DNA of 64,000 nucleotides from Clostridia bacterium. Lineage in GTDB: Bacteria > Bacillota > Clostridia > TANB77 > CAG-508. The translations under genes and the position numbers were made by a program. The notes below the pieces were generated by a model. That model made no database searches. It saw only the letters and a list, made by a program, of their open reading frames with translations, and was not told the DNA's origin. Shown piece after piece: positions 29,924 through 38,990 of the stretch (position 1 is its first letter; every line of letters begins with the position of its first letter). Location of the stretch: positions 45,673 through 109,672 of the forward strand of contig JAFQSS010000021.1 of NCBI GenBank assembly GCA_017409455.1, read 5' to 3'.

Positions 29924-29955
29924 CAACCAACAAAGTTTAACAATTGGTTGTTTTT
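29924..29955. terminator. Intrinsic terminator downstream of cysS
   Basis: CAACCAA ... TTGGTTG stem with T and A runs on both sides. Confidence 0.65.
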
Positions 29956-29970
29956 CTCGAAGCTTGTCAA

Positions 29971-31434
29971 TTAATACAACTCTTTGATATCCCATGTTGT
30001 TCCATTTACTGTATCATTAAGAATTATTCCTTTTGAATCAAGGTCTGCTCTAATTTTGTCGGCTAGTTCGAAGTTCTTTTCTTTTTTAGCTGCTGCTCTC
30101 CTATTTATTTCATCAGTAATATAATTTGCTTCAAGTCCTATTTTGTTTAGATATTTTTCACGCATTTCTTGTACAAACTTTTCTGGTTCTTGTTTGAAAA
30201 ATCCTAATACGCTAAATACTTCTCTTATTTCATCTAAAATGCTTGCTAATGTATTTGCAATTTGTTGTCTATTGCTTTTATTAGCAAATTTAATTAAATT
30301 ATTTATATATTTAAAATCTACATGTAATTGTGCAATTGCAGCAGATGTATTAAAATCATCATCCATAACTTCTATGAATTTTTCCCTGATTTGGTCAGAA
30401 ATATCATCTTGAACTTTTTCACCATCTTTGTTTCCATTATATAAATTTATGAATTCTTTAATCTTAATTATAGTGTTATAAAAATAGTACATATGACTTT
30501 CTGCTAATTGATAGTCTTTGTCTAAAATATCTACATCTGATGCATAATGTTTTGAAAACATTACATATTTCAAAACTTCATAATTATACATTTTTAAAGC
30601 ATCTCTTATTGTTAATGAGTTCCCTAATGATTTACTCATTTTTTCTCCATTAATTTTAATTAAACCACAGTGTGACCAATATTTAGCAAATGGCTTTCCT
30701 GTAAATGCTTCACTTTGTGCAATTTCATTTTCATGATGTGGAAATACTAAGTCTCTTCCACCACCGTGAATATCAATTGTTTCTCCTAAGGTATTTAGTG
30801 CCATTACAGAACATTCTATATGCCATCCTGGTCTTCCTTTTCCCCAAGGAGATTCCCAATAAACTTCTCCAGGTTTTGCTGATTTCCAAAGTGCGAAATC
30901 AAGTGGATCTTCTTTGCTTTCTTCAAGTTCTACTCTTACACCATTTAATAAATCATCTACATTCCTATGTGAAAGCTTTCCATATTCATCAAATTTTCTA
31001 ACTTTATAATATACATCTCCATTTGGAGTTGAATATGCACTTCCTTTTTCAATAAGAGTTTGTACAAATTTGATTATTTCATCTATATATTCAGATGCTT
31101 TTGTTTTTATGTCAGCATCTGTAATATGTAAATCTGCCATATCTTTTTCTGTTTCAGCTATTTGCTCTTTTGAAAAGTCTAATGCATTTTTACCTAAGTC
31201 ATTAGCTCTTTTTATTATTTTATCATCTACATCTGTATAGTTTCTTACATATTTTACATTATATCCTCTAAACCTTAAGTAATCTGCAATCATTGCATAT
31301 ACTATCGCTTGACGTGCATGACCTATATGACTCAAATCATATACTGTTACTCCACATGCGTACATTTTTACATTGTTTCCATCTATCGGAACAAATTCTT
31401 CTTTTTTCCCTGTCATTGAATTATATATCTTCAT
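29971..31434 (-). CDS. cysS: Cysteine--tRNA ligase
   Basis: 487 aa with HIGH-type motif (SHIGHARQAIVYA) and KMSKSLGN. AGGAGGG RBS. Confidence 0.95.
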   Translation of the reverse strand: MKIYNSMTGKKEEFVPIDGNNVKMYACGVTVYDLSHIGHARQAIVYAMIADYLRFRGYNVKYVRNYTDVDDKIIKRANDLGKNALDFSKEQIAETEKDMADLHITDADIKTKASEYIDEIIKFVQTLIEKGSAYSTPNGDVYYKVRKFDEYGKLSHRNVDDLLNGVRVELEESKEDPLDFALWKSAKPGEVYWESPWGKGRPGWHIECSVMALNTLGETIDIHGGGRDLVFPHHENEIAQSEAFTGKPFAKYWSHCGLIKINGEKMSKSLGNSLTIRDALKMYNYEVLKYVMFSKHYASDVDILDKDYQLAESHMYYFYNTIIKIKEFINLYNGNKDGEKVQDDISDQIREKFIEVMDDDFNTSAAIAQLHVDFKYINNLIKFANKSNRQQIANTLASILDEIREVFSVLGFFKQEPEKFVQEMREKYLNKIGLEANYITDEINRRAAAKKEKNFELADKIRADLDSKGIILNDTVNGTTWDIKELY

Positions 31435-31454
31435 AGTTTTCCCTCCTTATATTC

Positions 31455-31492
31455 AAAAAGAACTATGTGTTCTTTTTTCGCCCACATAGTTC
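31455..31492 (-). terminator. Intrinsic terminator (attenuator) in the cysS leader
   Basis: On the minus strand, GAACTATGTG (31492-31483) pairs with CACATAGTTC (31469-31460) around a 13-nt loop and is followed by UUUUU (31459-31455). It lies 20 nt upstream of the cysS RBS. Confidence 0.7.
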
Positions 31493-31563
31493 TTATAATC
31501 AAAAATATAATCTCTATTGTAGGCATGATTATTAATACTCATATCTGCAATAGATAGAGTATT

Positions 31564-31605
31564 TTACCTACAACAACAATTAGCGATTATATTTCTTAAA
31601 TTCAT
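31564..31605 (-). CDS. cysS leader peptide MNLRNIIANCCCR (13 aa, three consecutive Cys codons)
   Basis: ATG at 31605 is preceded by GAGAGGAAG and lies about 25 nt downstream of a TTGACA-18-TATAAT promoter (-35 at 31666-61, -10 at 31642-37 on minus). Codons TGT TGT TGT AGG TAA at 31578-31564. Confidence 0.55.
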   Translation of the reverse strand: MNLRNIIANCCCR

Positions 31606-31646
31606 ATTAATCTTCCTCTCATTTTTGATATAGTATATTATATAAC

Positions 31647-31973
31647 TTATGTTGTGTTTTTGTCAATATTTTTTACAATTTTATACTTTTCACATTCTAT
31701 TTTTTCTGCCAAATATTTATCTAATACATGATTTTTTATCAAATCTTCTTTTTGAGCTTTAGTTAAAGTTTTTATTCTATATTCTAACTTTGAAGCTAAT
31801 ATTTTATTTTCTGATTCCCATACACATTCTAATTTTTGCGCTTTATGGCTCTTTGTATATTTTGCGCATTTGGAATCTTTGCCAAAATGTTCTTCCATTC
31901 GTCTTTTTACATCTGTTGTTATTCCTGTGTATATTGAATTATTTTCACATCTTAACATATAAGTGTAATACAT
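31647..31973 (-). CDS. GIY-YIG nuclease-superfamily small protein (UPF0213-like)
   Basis: MYYTYMLRCENNSIYTGITTDVKRRMEEH is a GIY-YIG motif. Start at 31973 after AAAGGGGA. Confidence 0.7.
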   Translation of the reverse strand: MYYTYMLRCENNSIYTGITTDVKRRMEEHFGKDSKCAKYTKSHKAQKLECVWESENKILASKLEYRIKTLTKAQKEDLIKNHVLDKYLAEKIECEKYKIVKNIDKNTT

Positions 31974-31986
31974 AAATTCCCCTTTT

Positions 31987-33132
31987 CTACTCATGTATTA
32001 TATCTTCTTCTTTTGGCATAGTTTCATTCTGGTTTGTGCTTCCTTGTGGTTTTAATTCAGCTAGACATTCATCTAAAAATTGCACTTCATTTTCATTTAG
32101 ACAAATATGCCTTTGAAATTCATCCCCTATAATTTTTCTTGTTTCTAAAATACTATATAGAGCTTCTCCCCATTCTTCAGATATTCCATTTCGTTTTGCA
32201 TTTTTTCGTAATATACGCACTTCTAAATCCTCTTCTAAGGATATCTGTTTACTCATTAAATTATGTACTATTGCAGTTGTATGAATAGCTGTTATTCCTA
32301 GTCTATCAAATTCTGGATTATACTTATAATAAACCCAACTTGCTGGTATTGTTTGTTGCCCCTCTTTAAAAGCCGTTGTAGCTTCTTTTATGGTTTTTCC
32401 ATATGTATTAATTGCTCTGTACATAAAAGTAAAATTTAGCTTATTTTTTACACAATATTCCAATAATGTTTCTCTATTTGGCAATTTAATATTTTCTCCT
32501 GCATTTTCACAAGGATACATTTCTTTAATTTGACTAATTGTAATTGCTTGATTTAACAAATTATTTAAAACACTATATTTTACACCGATTAATAATGACA
32601 AATCATATAAATCTAATGTAGCACCAGCTACATGTACTGTTTGGCTTTTTCTCATTTTATGCTTTGCCATAAATATTGCTTTATATATATGTTTTGTACT
32701 GTCAAAACATCTCCTTAAGTTGCCTGCATCTAATCCTTCAATTTTTGCGATTTCTCTTAATTCTAATCTCTGATTTTTGTATTCTATTTTTTTGCCTTCC
32801 TTTTGTTTCGTTCTCTCTTTTCTAGATTCTGCTCTTTCTTTACAGCTTTTAACAGCTTCGTATATATTTCCAATCTTTTTATAAGAATTTGTTAATGTCT
32901 CTATTCCTATATTTTCTTTTTGAGCAATTACACTTATTGCTAAGAGCTCTCCTTTATATTCTATTTTTTCTACTTTTCCTCTTGAATTTTGTCTACACAT
33001 CTTTACAGCTATATATATGTCTCCCGTTCGTTTGTAATATCTAGCTAATGTGATATCTATTAGTCCTTCTTTTTTAGCTATTGTTGCTAATGGTAATTGT
33101 TCTCCATTGTATTCTATTTTTTCAATTGACAT
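31987..33132 (-). CDS. Hypothetical protein with three N-terminal roughly 45-aa helix-turn-helix-like repeats
   Basis: Repeats KIEYNGEQLPLATIAKKEGLIDITLARYYKRTGDIYIAVKMC / KIEYKGELLAISVIAQKENIGIETLTNSYKKIGNIYEAVKSC / KIEYKNQRLELREIAKIEGLDAGNLRRCFDSTKHIYKAIFMA. Confidence 0.55.
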   Translation of the reverse strand: MSIEKIEYNGEQLPLATIAKKEGLIDITLARYYKRTGDIYIAVKMCRQNSRGKVEKIEYKGELLAISVIAQKENIGIETLTNSYKKIGNIYEAVKSCKERAESRKERTKQKEGKKIEYKNQRLELREIAKIEGLDAGNLRRCFDSTKHIYKAIFMAKHKMRKSQTVHVAGATLDLYDLSLLIGVKYSVLNNLLNQAITISQIKEMYPCENAGENIKLPNRETLLEYCVKNKLNFTFMYRAINTYGKTIKEATTAFKEGQQTIPASWVYYKYNPEFDRLGITAIHTTAIVHNLMSKQISLEEDLEVRILRKNAKRNGISEEWGEALYSILETRKIIGDEFQRHICLNENEVQFLDECLAELKPQGSTNQNETMPKEEDIIHE

Positions 33133-33188
33133 ATTAATGCCTCCTCTTTTTACGCTTCTCTTGTGGATTTGATTTATCTATATAATTT

Positions 33189-33440
33189 TTAAAGTTCAAA
33201 TATATTGGCTTTTAACATCATCTGAGATATTTTACTTTTTTCTTCAAATGGAATTTCCCAACAGCTTCCGATTATAGCATTGCCTCTAATATCTTCTCTT
33301 TTAGGCTTACCCAACACTTTTTTTAGCTGTTTTTGTAATTCAATTTTGTTTGAATATACTGATATTATTTTTTCATTATATAATACATTTATTGTTGTTT
33401 CTGTTTCTTCTTTATTTATTTCTTTATATGCTCTTTTCAT
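33189..33440 (-). CDS. Small hypothetical protein
   Basis: 83-aa ORF between tcdA and the repeat protein. Confidence 0.4.
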   Translation of the reverse strand: MKRAYKEINKEETETTINVLYNEKIISVYSNKIELQKQLKKVLGKPKREDIRGNAIIGSCWEIPFEEKSKISQMMLKANIFEL

Positions 33441-33444
33441 TTCT

Positions 33445-34137
33445 CTACATCCTTATTATATCTTTTACAACTTCTCCTGCAACTATTAATCCAGCAACTG
33501 ATGGCACAAATGATATGCTTCCTAATGTTCTTTCACCATTTGTTTCAGGCTTGATTGAAAGTTCTTTAGAATATACAACTTTTAGTTCTTTTATATTTCT
33601 ATTTTTTAATTCTTTTCTTAGAATTTTACAAACCGGACATACACTTGTTTTATAAATATCTGCTACTTCAAATTTAGTTGGGTCTAATTTATTTCCTGCT
33701 CCAGTTGCAGTTATAATTTTTACATCTTTTTCTTTACATTTTTCTATTAACTTTAGTTTGTTTGTCATTGTGTCTATTGCATCTACCACATAAGTAATGT
33801 CTGAAGTTATTATAGATGTTTCTCCACCTTCTATTTCATCTGTTCTATATGCTTCAACTATAGCATTAGTATTGATATCTAATATTCTTTCTTTCATTAC
33901 ATCTACTTTATATCTTCCTATTGTTGAGTGCATTGCTCCTAATTGTCTGTTTATATTAGTTACATCATATGAATCATAATCTACTATAATCAGATGACCT
34001 ATTCCTGCTCTTGCTAAAGCTTCAACTGCATATGAACCTACTCCACCTATTCCAAATACTGCAACTTTAGCTTTTTGTAGTTTTTCTACTCCTTCTTTTC
34101 CTATTAATAATTCTGTTCTAGAAAATTGATTTGACAT
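33445..34137 (-). CDS. tcdA: tRNA threonylcarbamoyladenosine dehydratase (ThiF/MoeB-like E1 fold)
   Basis: VAVFGIGGVGSYAVEALARAGIGHLIIVDYD Rossmann motif. Operon with tsaC and mnmA. Confidence 0.7.
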   Translation of the reverse strand: MSNQFSRTELLIGKEGVEKLQKAKVAVFGIGGVGSYAVEALARAGIGHLIIVDYDSYDVTNINRQLGAMHSTIGRYKVDVMKERILDINTNAIVEAYRTDEIEGGETSIITSDITYVVDAIDTMTNKLKLIEKCKEKDVKIITATGAGNKLDPTKFEVADIYKTSVCPVCKILRKELKNRNIKELKVVYSKELSIKPETNGERTLGSISFVPSVAGLIVAGEVVKDIIRM

Positions 34138-34147
34138 ATTTTTCTCC

Positions 34148-34732
34148 TTACAAAATTTTATTTATTTGTTCTAAAGTAATACTTCCTTGTCTTAAAATTA
34201 CTGGTTTCTCATCTATTACTTTTACAATTGTAGATGCAAGACCTATTTCATTAATTCCACCATCTATAAAGAAATCTGCTTTTCCTCCAAAATTTTTCTT
34301 TATTTGTTGTATGTTTGTTCCACTTGGCTCTCCTGATATGTTTGCACTTGGAGCAGCTATTGGCGTTCCTGCTGTTTCTACAAGTTTTTTTGCAATTTCT
34401 CCACTTGGCATTCTAACTCCTACTGTATCTCTACCTGCTGTAACTATATCAGGTACAATGTCTTTCTTTTTTAATATAATTGTTAATGGGCCTGGAAAGA
34501 ATTTTTCCATTATTTTATATTCTATATCTGTTATATCTCTTGCTATTTCATTTACCATTTCCATATTTGATACTAATAAACTAATTGGTTTATTTAATGG
34601 TCTTTGTTTTACTTCATATAGTCTTTCTACTGCTTGTTTATCTAGCCCGTTAGTTCCAATTCCATATACTGTTTCAGTTGGAAATACTACTATTTTTCCT
34701 TGTTTTATTAATTCTGCTGCTTTTTCTAACAT
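34148..34732 (-). CDS. tsaC: L-threonylcarbamoyladenylate synthase (YrdC/Sua5 domain)
   Basis: 194 aa with KIVVFPTETVYGIGTNGLD. Confidence 0.8.
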   Translation of the reverse strand: MLEKAAELIKQGKIVVFPTETVYGIGTNGLDKQAVERLYEVKQRPLNKPISLLVSNMEMVNEIARDITDIEYKIMEKFFPGPLTIILKKKDIVPDIVTAGRDTVGVRMPSGEIAKKLVETAGTPIAAPSANISGEPSGTNIQQIKKNFGGKADFFIDGGINEIGLASTIVKVIDEKPVILRQGSITLEQINKIL

Positions 34733-35781
34733 TTTATCTTTCCTCCGCCTAGTACAATGTCACCTATATAGAAAACTGCTGATTGACCTGGAGTTATTGC
34801 TCTTTGAGATTCTTCAAATATAACTTTTATTTCATTTCCATTTTGCATTATTTGTGCCTTTGCTGCTTTAGCAGAATAACGTGTTTTTACTTCTACTTCT
34901 ATTGGTTCTAAAATTTCATCCATCAACAATAAATTGATATCTGTTACAACAATTTCTTTTTTGTATAATTCATTTTCTTCTCCAACTATTACTTCATTTT
35001 TAGCTGAATTAAATCCTAATACAAATAATGGTGTAGTATGTGATATTCCAAGACCTTTTCTTTGTCCTATTGTATAATTGTATAATCCTATATGTTTTCC
35101 TAAAACTTCACCTTTTGAATTTACTATATTTCCTTGTTTTGGTCTTATATCTGAATTATTTTCTAAGAATTTTTTGTAATTCCTATCTGGTATAAAACAT
35201 ATATCTTCACTGTCTGGCTTGTTTGCAACTTTCAAATTATTCTCTCTTGCAATTTCTCTTATTTGTTCTTTTTCTTCAAATTCAGCAAGTGGAAATAAGA
35301 TATGTTCTATTATATCTTTTGGAATATTCCATAATACATAACTTTGGTCTTTTTTACCTGAATTTGATTTTTTTAATACCCATCTACCATATTTTTCACT
35401 ATATTCTGTTTTTGCATAATGACCTGTTGCTATATAATTACATCCTAGCTCTTTTGCTTTTTCCCACATTACTCCAAATTTCATATATCTATTACATTCG
35501 ATACATGGGTTTGGTGTTTTACAGTTTGCATAACAATGTATGAAATCTTCTATTACTTTATTTTTAAATTCTTCTTTACAATCATATATGTAGTGTGGAA
35601 TTTGTAATGAATCACACATATTTCGTGCATCTTCACTTGTGTTTTTGTCTGCACAGCTACTACCAGAAAACATTTCTAATGTTGTTCCTATTACTTCATA
35701 TCCTTTTTGTTGTAATAATAGTGCTGATACACTACTATCTACCCCTCCACTCATTCCTAATAATACTTTTTTGTTTTCCAT
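34726..35781 (-). CDS. mnmA: tRNA-specific 2-thiouridylase
   Basis: Start MENKKVLLGMSGGVDSSVSA (PP-loop SGGxDS) at 35781 after AGAGGA. C-terminus typical of MnmA. Confidence 0.9.
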   Translation of the reverse strand: MENKKVLLGMSGGVDSSVSALLLQQKGYEVIGTTLEMFSGSSCADKNTSEDARNMCDSLQIPHYIYDCKEEFKNKVIEDFIHCYANCKTPNPCIECNRYMKFGVMWEKAKELGCNYIATGHYAKTEYSEKYGRWVLKKSNSGKKDQSYVLWNIPKDIIEHILFPLAEFEEKEQIREIARENNLKVANKPDSEDICFIPDRNYKKFLENNSDIRPKQGNIVNSKGEVLGKHIGLYNYTIGQRKGLGISHTTPLFVLGFNSAKNEVIVGEENELYKKEIVVTDINLLLMDEILEPIEVEVKTRYSAKAAKAQIMQNGNEIKVIFEESQRAITPGQSAVFYIGDIVLGGGKIKC

Positions 35782-35810
35782 TTTTATTCCTCTTTTTCTT
35801 TTTAAATAAA

Positions 35811-35850
35811 ACGGCCCACTGAACCGCATTTTAACGATTCAGTGGGTGAA
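35811..35850. terminator. Hairpin between the hypothetical gene and mnmA
   Basis: CCCACTGAA ... TTCAGTGGG inverted repeat. Confidence 0.5.
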
Positions 35851-35855
35851 AGAGA

Positions 35856-36281
35856 TTACTTGTCAGAAATGCTGTACGAAATCAACAATGTGCTATGGCC
35901 CTCACCAATTGTTCCATAGACAATCAGCCCTCGAACTCCTGTTACCCAGGTTCCTACATTCATTTTTCCATCATGCCATTTCAAAATGTCAAGAAACTCA
36001 TTGTGGCTACATAGTAAAACCGCTTTGATATCTTGTAAGCTGTCATAAATTCTATTAATGCATCCAAGTACATCCTGACTTATTTTGCCTTCAATTTCCA
36101 CATATTCGCCACCTTCAAAGAAAATAGGGATTTCGCCAATGCAGTAGTCTGTCATTTCAAAATCCAACATTTTCTTATCCTGATGATAAATGCACGCCAT
36201 CTGCTTCGATAGGTCATATGCATCAATTGTCTTGTTTGATTTCAAACAAAATTCTAGTTTCATGCTGTCATTCTCCTTCAA
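35856..36281 (-). CDS. GC-rich hypothetical protein
   Basis: 141-aa ORF, about 40% GC against a roughly 28% background. No family recognised. Confidence 0.45.
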   Translation of the reverse strand: MKENDSMKLEFCLKSNKTIDAYDLSKQMACIYHQDKKMLDFEMTDYCIGEIPIFFEGGEYVEIEGKISQDVLGCINRIYDSLQDIKAVLLCSHNEFLDILKWHDGKMNVGTWVTGVRGLIVYGTIGEGHSTLLISYSISDK

Positions 36282-36456
36282 GTTTATTTGCGGTATTACC
36301 GCTTTTGTACGATTATTATACCACTGTTACAAGCATTATGTCAAGCGTTAAAGTGTGTACTCTCTTTCACTCATTTATATCTATTTATTTGATTTTAATT
36401 GACAATTAAAAAAAACTATGTTAATATAATAATATAAAAGATAAGAGCGTGAGCCC

Positions 36457-36624
36457 TTATCTCTGGTTTGTTTGGTGAGATTTGTCCAGTGCTGGATAAA
36501 TCTCTATTTTTCTTTTTTGTGAGCAATAGCTTAATGCATATCCATACTTTGAGCAAATATGTATTAAAAAACCTATTCCCAAAAAGAAAGCTACTAATAT
36601 TAATAAAATACTTATTAATTTCAT
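36457..36624 (-). CDS. Small hydrophobic protein (55 aa), not in the ORF track
   Basis: ATG at 36624-22 follows AAGAAGGAGGTTAAGTT. MKLISILLILVAFFLGIGFLIHICSKYGY... forms one TM helix. Followed by the terminator hairpin GATAAG..CTTATC at 36441-36464. Confidence 0.45.
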   Translation of the reverse strand: MKLISILLILVAFFLGIGFLIHICSKYGYALSYCSQKRKIEIYPALDKSHQTNQR

Positions 36625-36805
36625 AACTTAACCTCCTTCTTACGTATTACATTTAAGCTGAAATAGCATAAATGCATAGATTAGTAAGCATATTGCATAG
36701 CTTACCATTCTATGCACTTATGCCTGAAGGAGATTAGTCCAACTAACCGTATGTGATAATATCACGATTCTGAAAATATGTCAATATTTTTCGAACATTT
36801 TTTTG

Positions 36806-37726
36806 TTATTTCAAAAATCCATTTATAATTGCTTCTTCAGCTTCTTTTTCCGTTAAACCTAAAGTCATTAATTTAGTTAATTGTTCACCTGCAATTTTTC
36901 CAATAGCTGCTTCGTGAATCAAATTTGCTTCAACATTATTAGCAACAATTTCAGGTATAGCAATAACTTTTGCTGAATCTTTAATTATTGCATCACATTC
37001 AACATGTCCAAAACATTTTTTATTACCAGTTACTTTTGAACAAAATTCTTGTTTTGAATCTTCTGTTGCAACAGATCTTGAAGTTACTTTTGTGCTTGCA
37101 TTTTCTCCATTTAATTCTACTTCAAAAACTGTTTTTGCAAATTGTGTGCCGTGTGTCATTATTTTTTCAGTTACAACAAAACTTGCATTTTCTTCTATTA
37201 CACCTTTTGTTATTCTTTCAGTTGAATCTACACCTTTTATTTGAACAGAATCCATCTCTAAAGTTGCTCCGTCTTTTAAATACACTTCAGTTATTGGATT
37301 TAAAACTCTTTTTCCTGTTCCATCACCTTGTCCATAATGTTTTTCTATATATTTTACTTTTGCTCCTTTTTCTAAAAAGAAACGATGTATTCCATCATGT
37401 TGTGAGTCTTTATGATGGTCATTATGAATTCCACATCCTGCTATTATTGTAACTTTTGCATTTTCTCCTATATAGAAATCATTATATACAACATCTTTTA
37501 TTCCGCTTTGTGTAATAATTACTGGAATATGAACAATTTCAAATTTTGTATTTTCTTTTACATATATATCAATTCCAGATACATCTTTTTTTGTTACAAT
37601 ATTTATATTTTCAGTAATTTGTCTTTCTACTCCTTGTCCATCTTTCCTGATATTATATGCACCTTTAAGTTCTCCGTTTTCAATTCCTGTTATTTCTTTT
37701 AATAAATCTATTTCTACATTATTCAT
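36806..37726 (-). CDS. sufD: SufB/SufD-family Fe-S cluster assembly protein
   Basis: 306 aa resembling SufB/D. Last gene of the DtxR-sufC-sufBD operon. Confidence 0.65.
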   Translation of the reverse strand: MNNVEIDLLKEITGIENGELKGAYNIRKDGQGVERQITENINIVTKKDVSGIDIYVKENTKFEIVHIPVIITQSGIKDVVYNDFYIGENAKVTIIAGCGIHNDHHKDSQHDGIHRFFLEKGAKVKYIEKHYGQGDGTGKRVLNPITEVYLKDGATLEMDSVQIKGVDSTERITKGVIEENASFVVTEKIMTHGTQFAKTVFEVELNGENASTKVTSRSVATEDSKQEFCSKVTGNKKCFGHVECDAIIKDSAKVIAIPEIVANNVEANLIHEAAIGKIAGEQLTKLMTLGLTEKEAEEAIINGFLK

Positions 37727-37729
37727 TTA

Positions 37730-38437
37730 TTAGTTCACTCCTAATTTACAGCATAGAGGCTTTTCTTTAACATCTCCCAATAATTCCTCTTTGCTTCCTC
37801 TTTTTTCTACTTTTCCTTGTTTTAATAGAATTACTTCATCTGCTATATTTAAAATTCTTTCTTGATGTGAAATAATTAAAGTTGTACCTTTTACTATTTT
37901 TCTCATATCTTCAAAAACTTTAATTAAGCTTTGGAAGCTCCACAAATCAATACCAGCTTCTGGTTCATCAAAAATTGTGAATTTTGAATTTCTAACAGCA
38001 ACACTTGCTATTTCTATTCTTTTAAGCTCTCCTCCTGATAATGAACTATTTATTTCTCTATCTACATATTCTTTTGCACATAATCCTACTTTTGATAGAA
38101 TTTCACAAGCTGTTGCTTTGTTTATTTCTTTTTCTGATGATAATCTAAGCAAATCGAATACAGTAATTCCTTTAAATCTGATTGGTTGTTGAAATGCAAA
38201 CGCTACTCCTAATTTTGCTCTTTCATTGATTTGTAAATTTGTAATATCTTGTCCTTCTAATAAGATTTGTCCTGAATCAGGTCTTTCAATTCCCATAATT
38301 ATTTTTGCTAATGTTGATTTTCCTGAACCATTTGGTCCTGTAATCACTACAAATTTATCTGTATCTATTGTTAGACTTATATTGTCTAGTATTTTTTTAT
38401 TATCTCTTTCAAAACATATATTTTTTAATTCTAACAT
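37730..38437 (-). CDS. sufC: Fe-S cluster assembly ATPase SufC (ABC ATPase)
   Basis: Walker A GPNGSGKST, signature LSGGELKR and a DEPEAGID motif. Confidence 0.8.
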   Translation of the reverse strand: MLELKNICFERDNKKILDNISLTIDTDKFVVITGPNGSGKSTLAKIIMGIERPDSGQILLEGQDITNLQINERAKLGVAFAFQQPIRFKGITVFDLLRLSSEKEINKATACEILSKVGLCAKEYVDREINSSLSGGELKRIEIASVAVRNSKFTIFDEPEAGIDLWSFQSLIKVFEDMRKIVKGTTLIISHQERILNIADEVILLKQGKVEKRGSKEELLGDVKEKPLCCKLGVN

Positions 38438-38892
38438 ATTTTTTCCTTTCTTTTTGCTGTCCTTTTTATACAGTTTCTACATTTTTCTTGATTTATATCA
38501 TAATTACAATTTAAATTGCTTAATCCTAAAACCTCATGTACATATTTTGCTAATTTGTTTATTGTCTCATCACTTATTGATGATTTTATTTTTTCTGCTT
38601 CTCTTTTAGCTTTTTCTTCATCTAAATTTAACACTTCTTTTAGAAATACATAAATTATGTCATAGGCTTCTAATATTTTTTTGGCTAAACTTTCTCCTTG
38701 CTCTGTTAATTCTATTATTCCATATGTTTCATAATTTACTAGTTTTTCTTCTTTTAAATTATTTAATGCTTTATTTACACTTGGCTTTGTACATTCCATT
38801 TTATTTGCAATGTCTGTTACTCTTATGTTTCCATTTTGTTTTTTTAATACATACATTGTTTTTAAATATTCTTCTAATGCTTTTGAAATCAT
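38431..38892 (-). CDS. DtxR/MntR-family metal-dependent repressor with a Cys-rich C-terminal extension
   Basis: ORF 38431..38961. The start MISKALEEYLKTMY at 38892 follows AAGGAGAA. HTH signature ...RVTDIANKMECTKPSVNKALNNL.... The C-terminus contains CNYDINQEKCRNC. Its stop overlaps the sufC start. Confidence 0.7.
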   Translation of the reverse strand: MISKALEEYLKTMYVLKKQNGNIRVTDIANKMECTKPSVNKALNNLKEEKLVNYETYGIIELTEQGESLAKKILEAYDIIYVFLKEVLNLDEEKAKREAEKIKSSISDETINKLAKYVHEVLGLSNLNCNYDINQEKCRNCIKRTAKRKEKIC

Positions 38893-38907
38893 AGTTTTCT
38901 CCTTATT

Positions 38908-38959
38908 GTTAACTTCAGTTAACATTATAATATATATGGAAAAGTTTGTCAAGGTTAAC
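38908..38959 (-). promoter_or_regulatory. Promoter of the DtxR-suf operon with palindromic operator candidates
   Basis: On the minus strand, TTGACA (38952-47), a 17-nt spacer and TATAAT (38929-24). GTTAACTGAAGTTAAC palindrome at 38923-38908 directly downstream of the -10, and GTTAACCTTGACAAAC overlapping the -35. Confidence 0.55.
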
Positions 38960-38990
38960 ACACAAAAAAAGGGACCAAGTCCCTTTTTGG

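Noticed and set aside
31435-31646. Expected T-box riboswitch in the cysS leader
   Set aside because: No match to the T-box consensus or a specifier-loop/stem I arrangement could be found by eye. The region instead contains a leader ORF with CCC plus a terminator, reported as a finding. A covariance-model search is still needed to exclude a divergent T-box.
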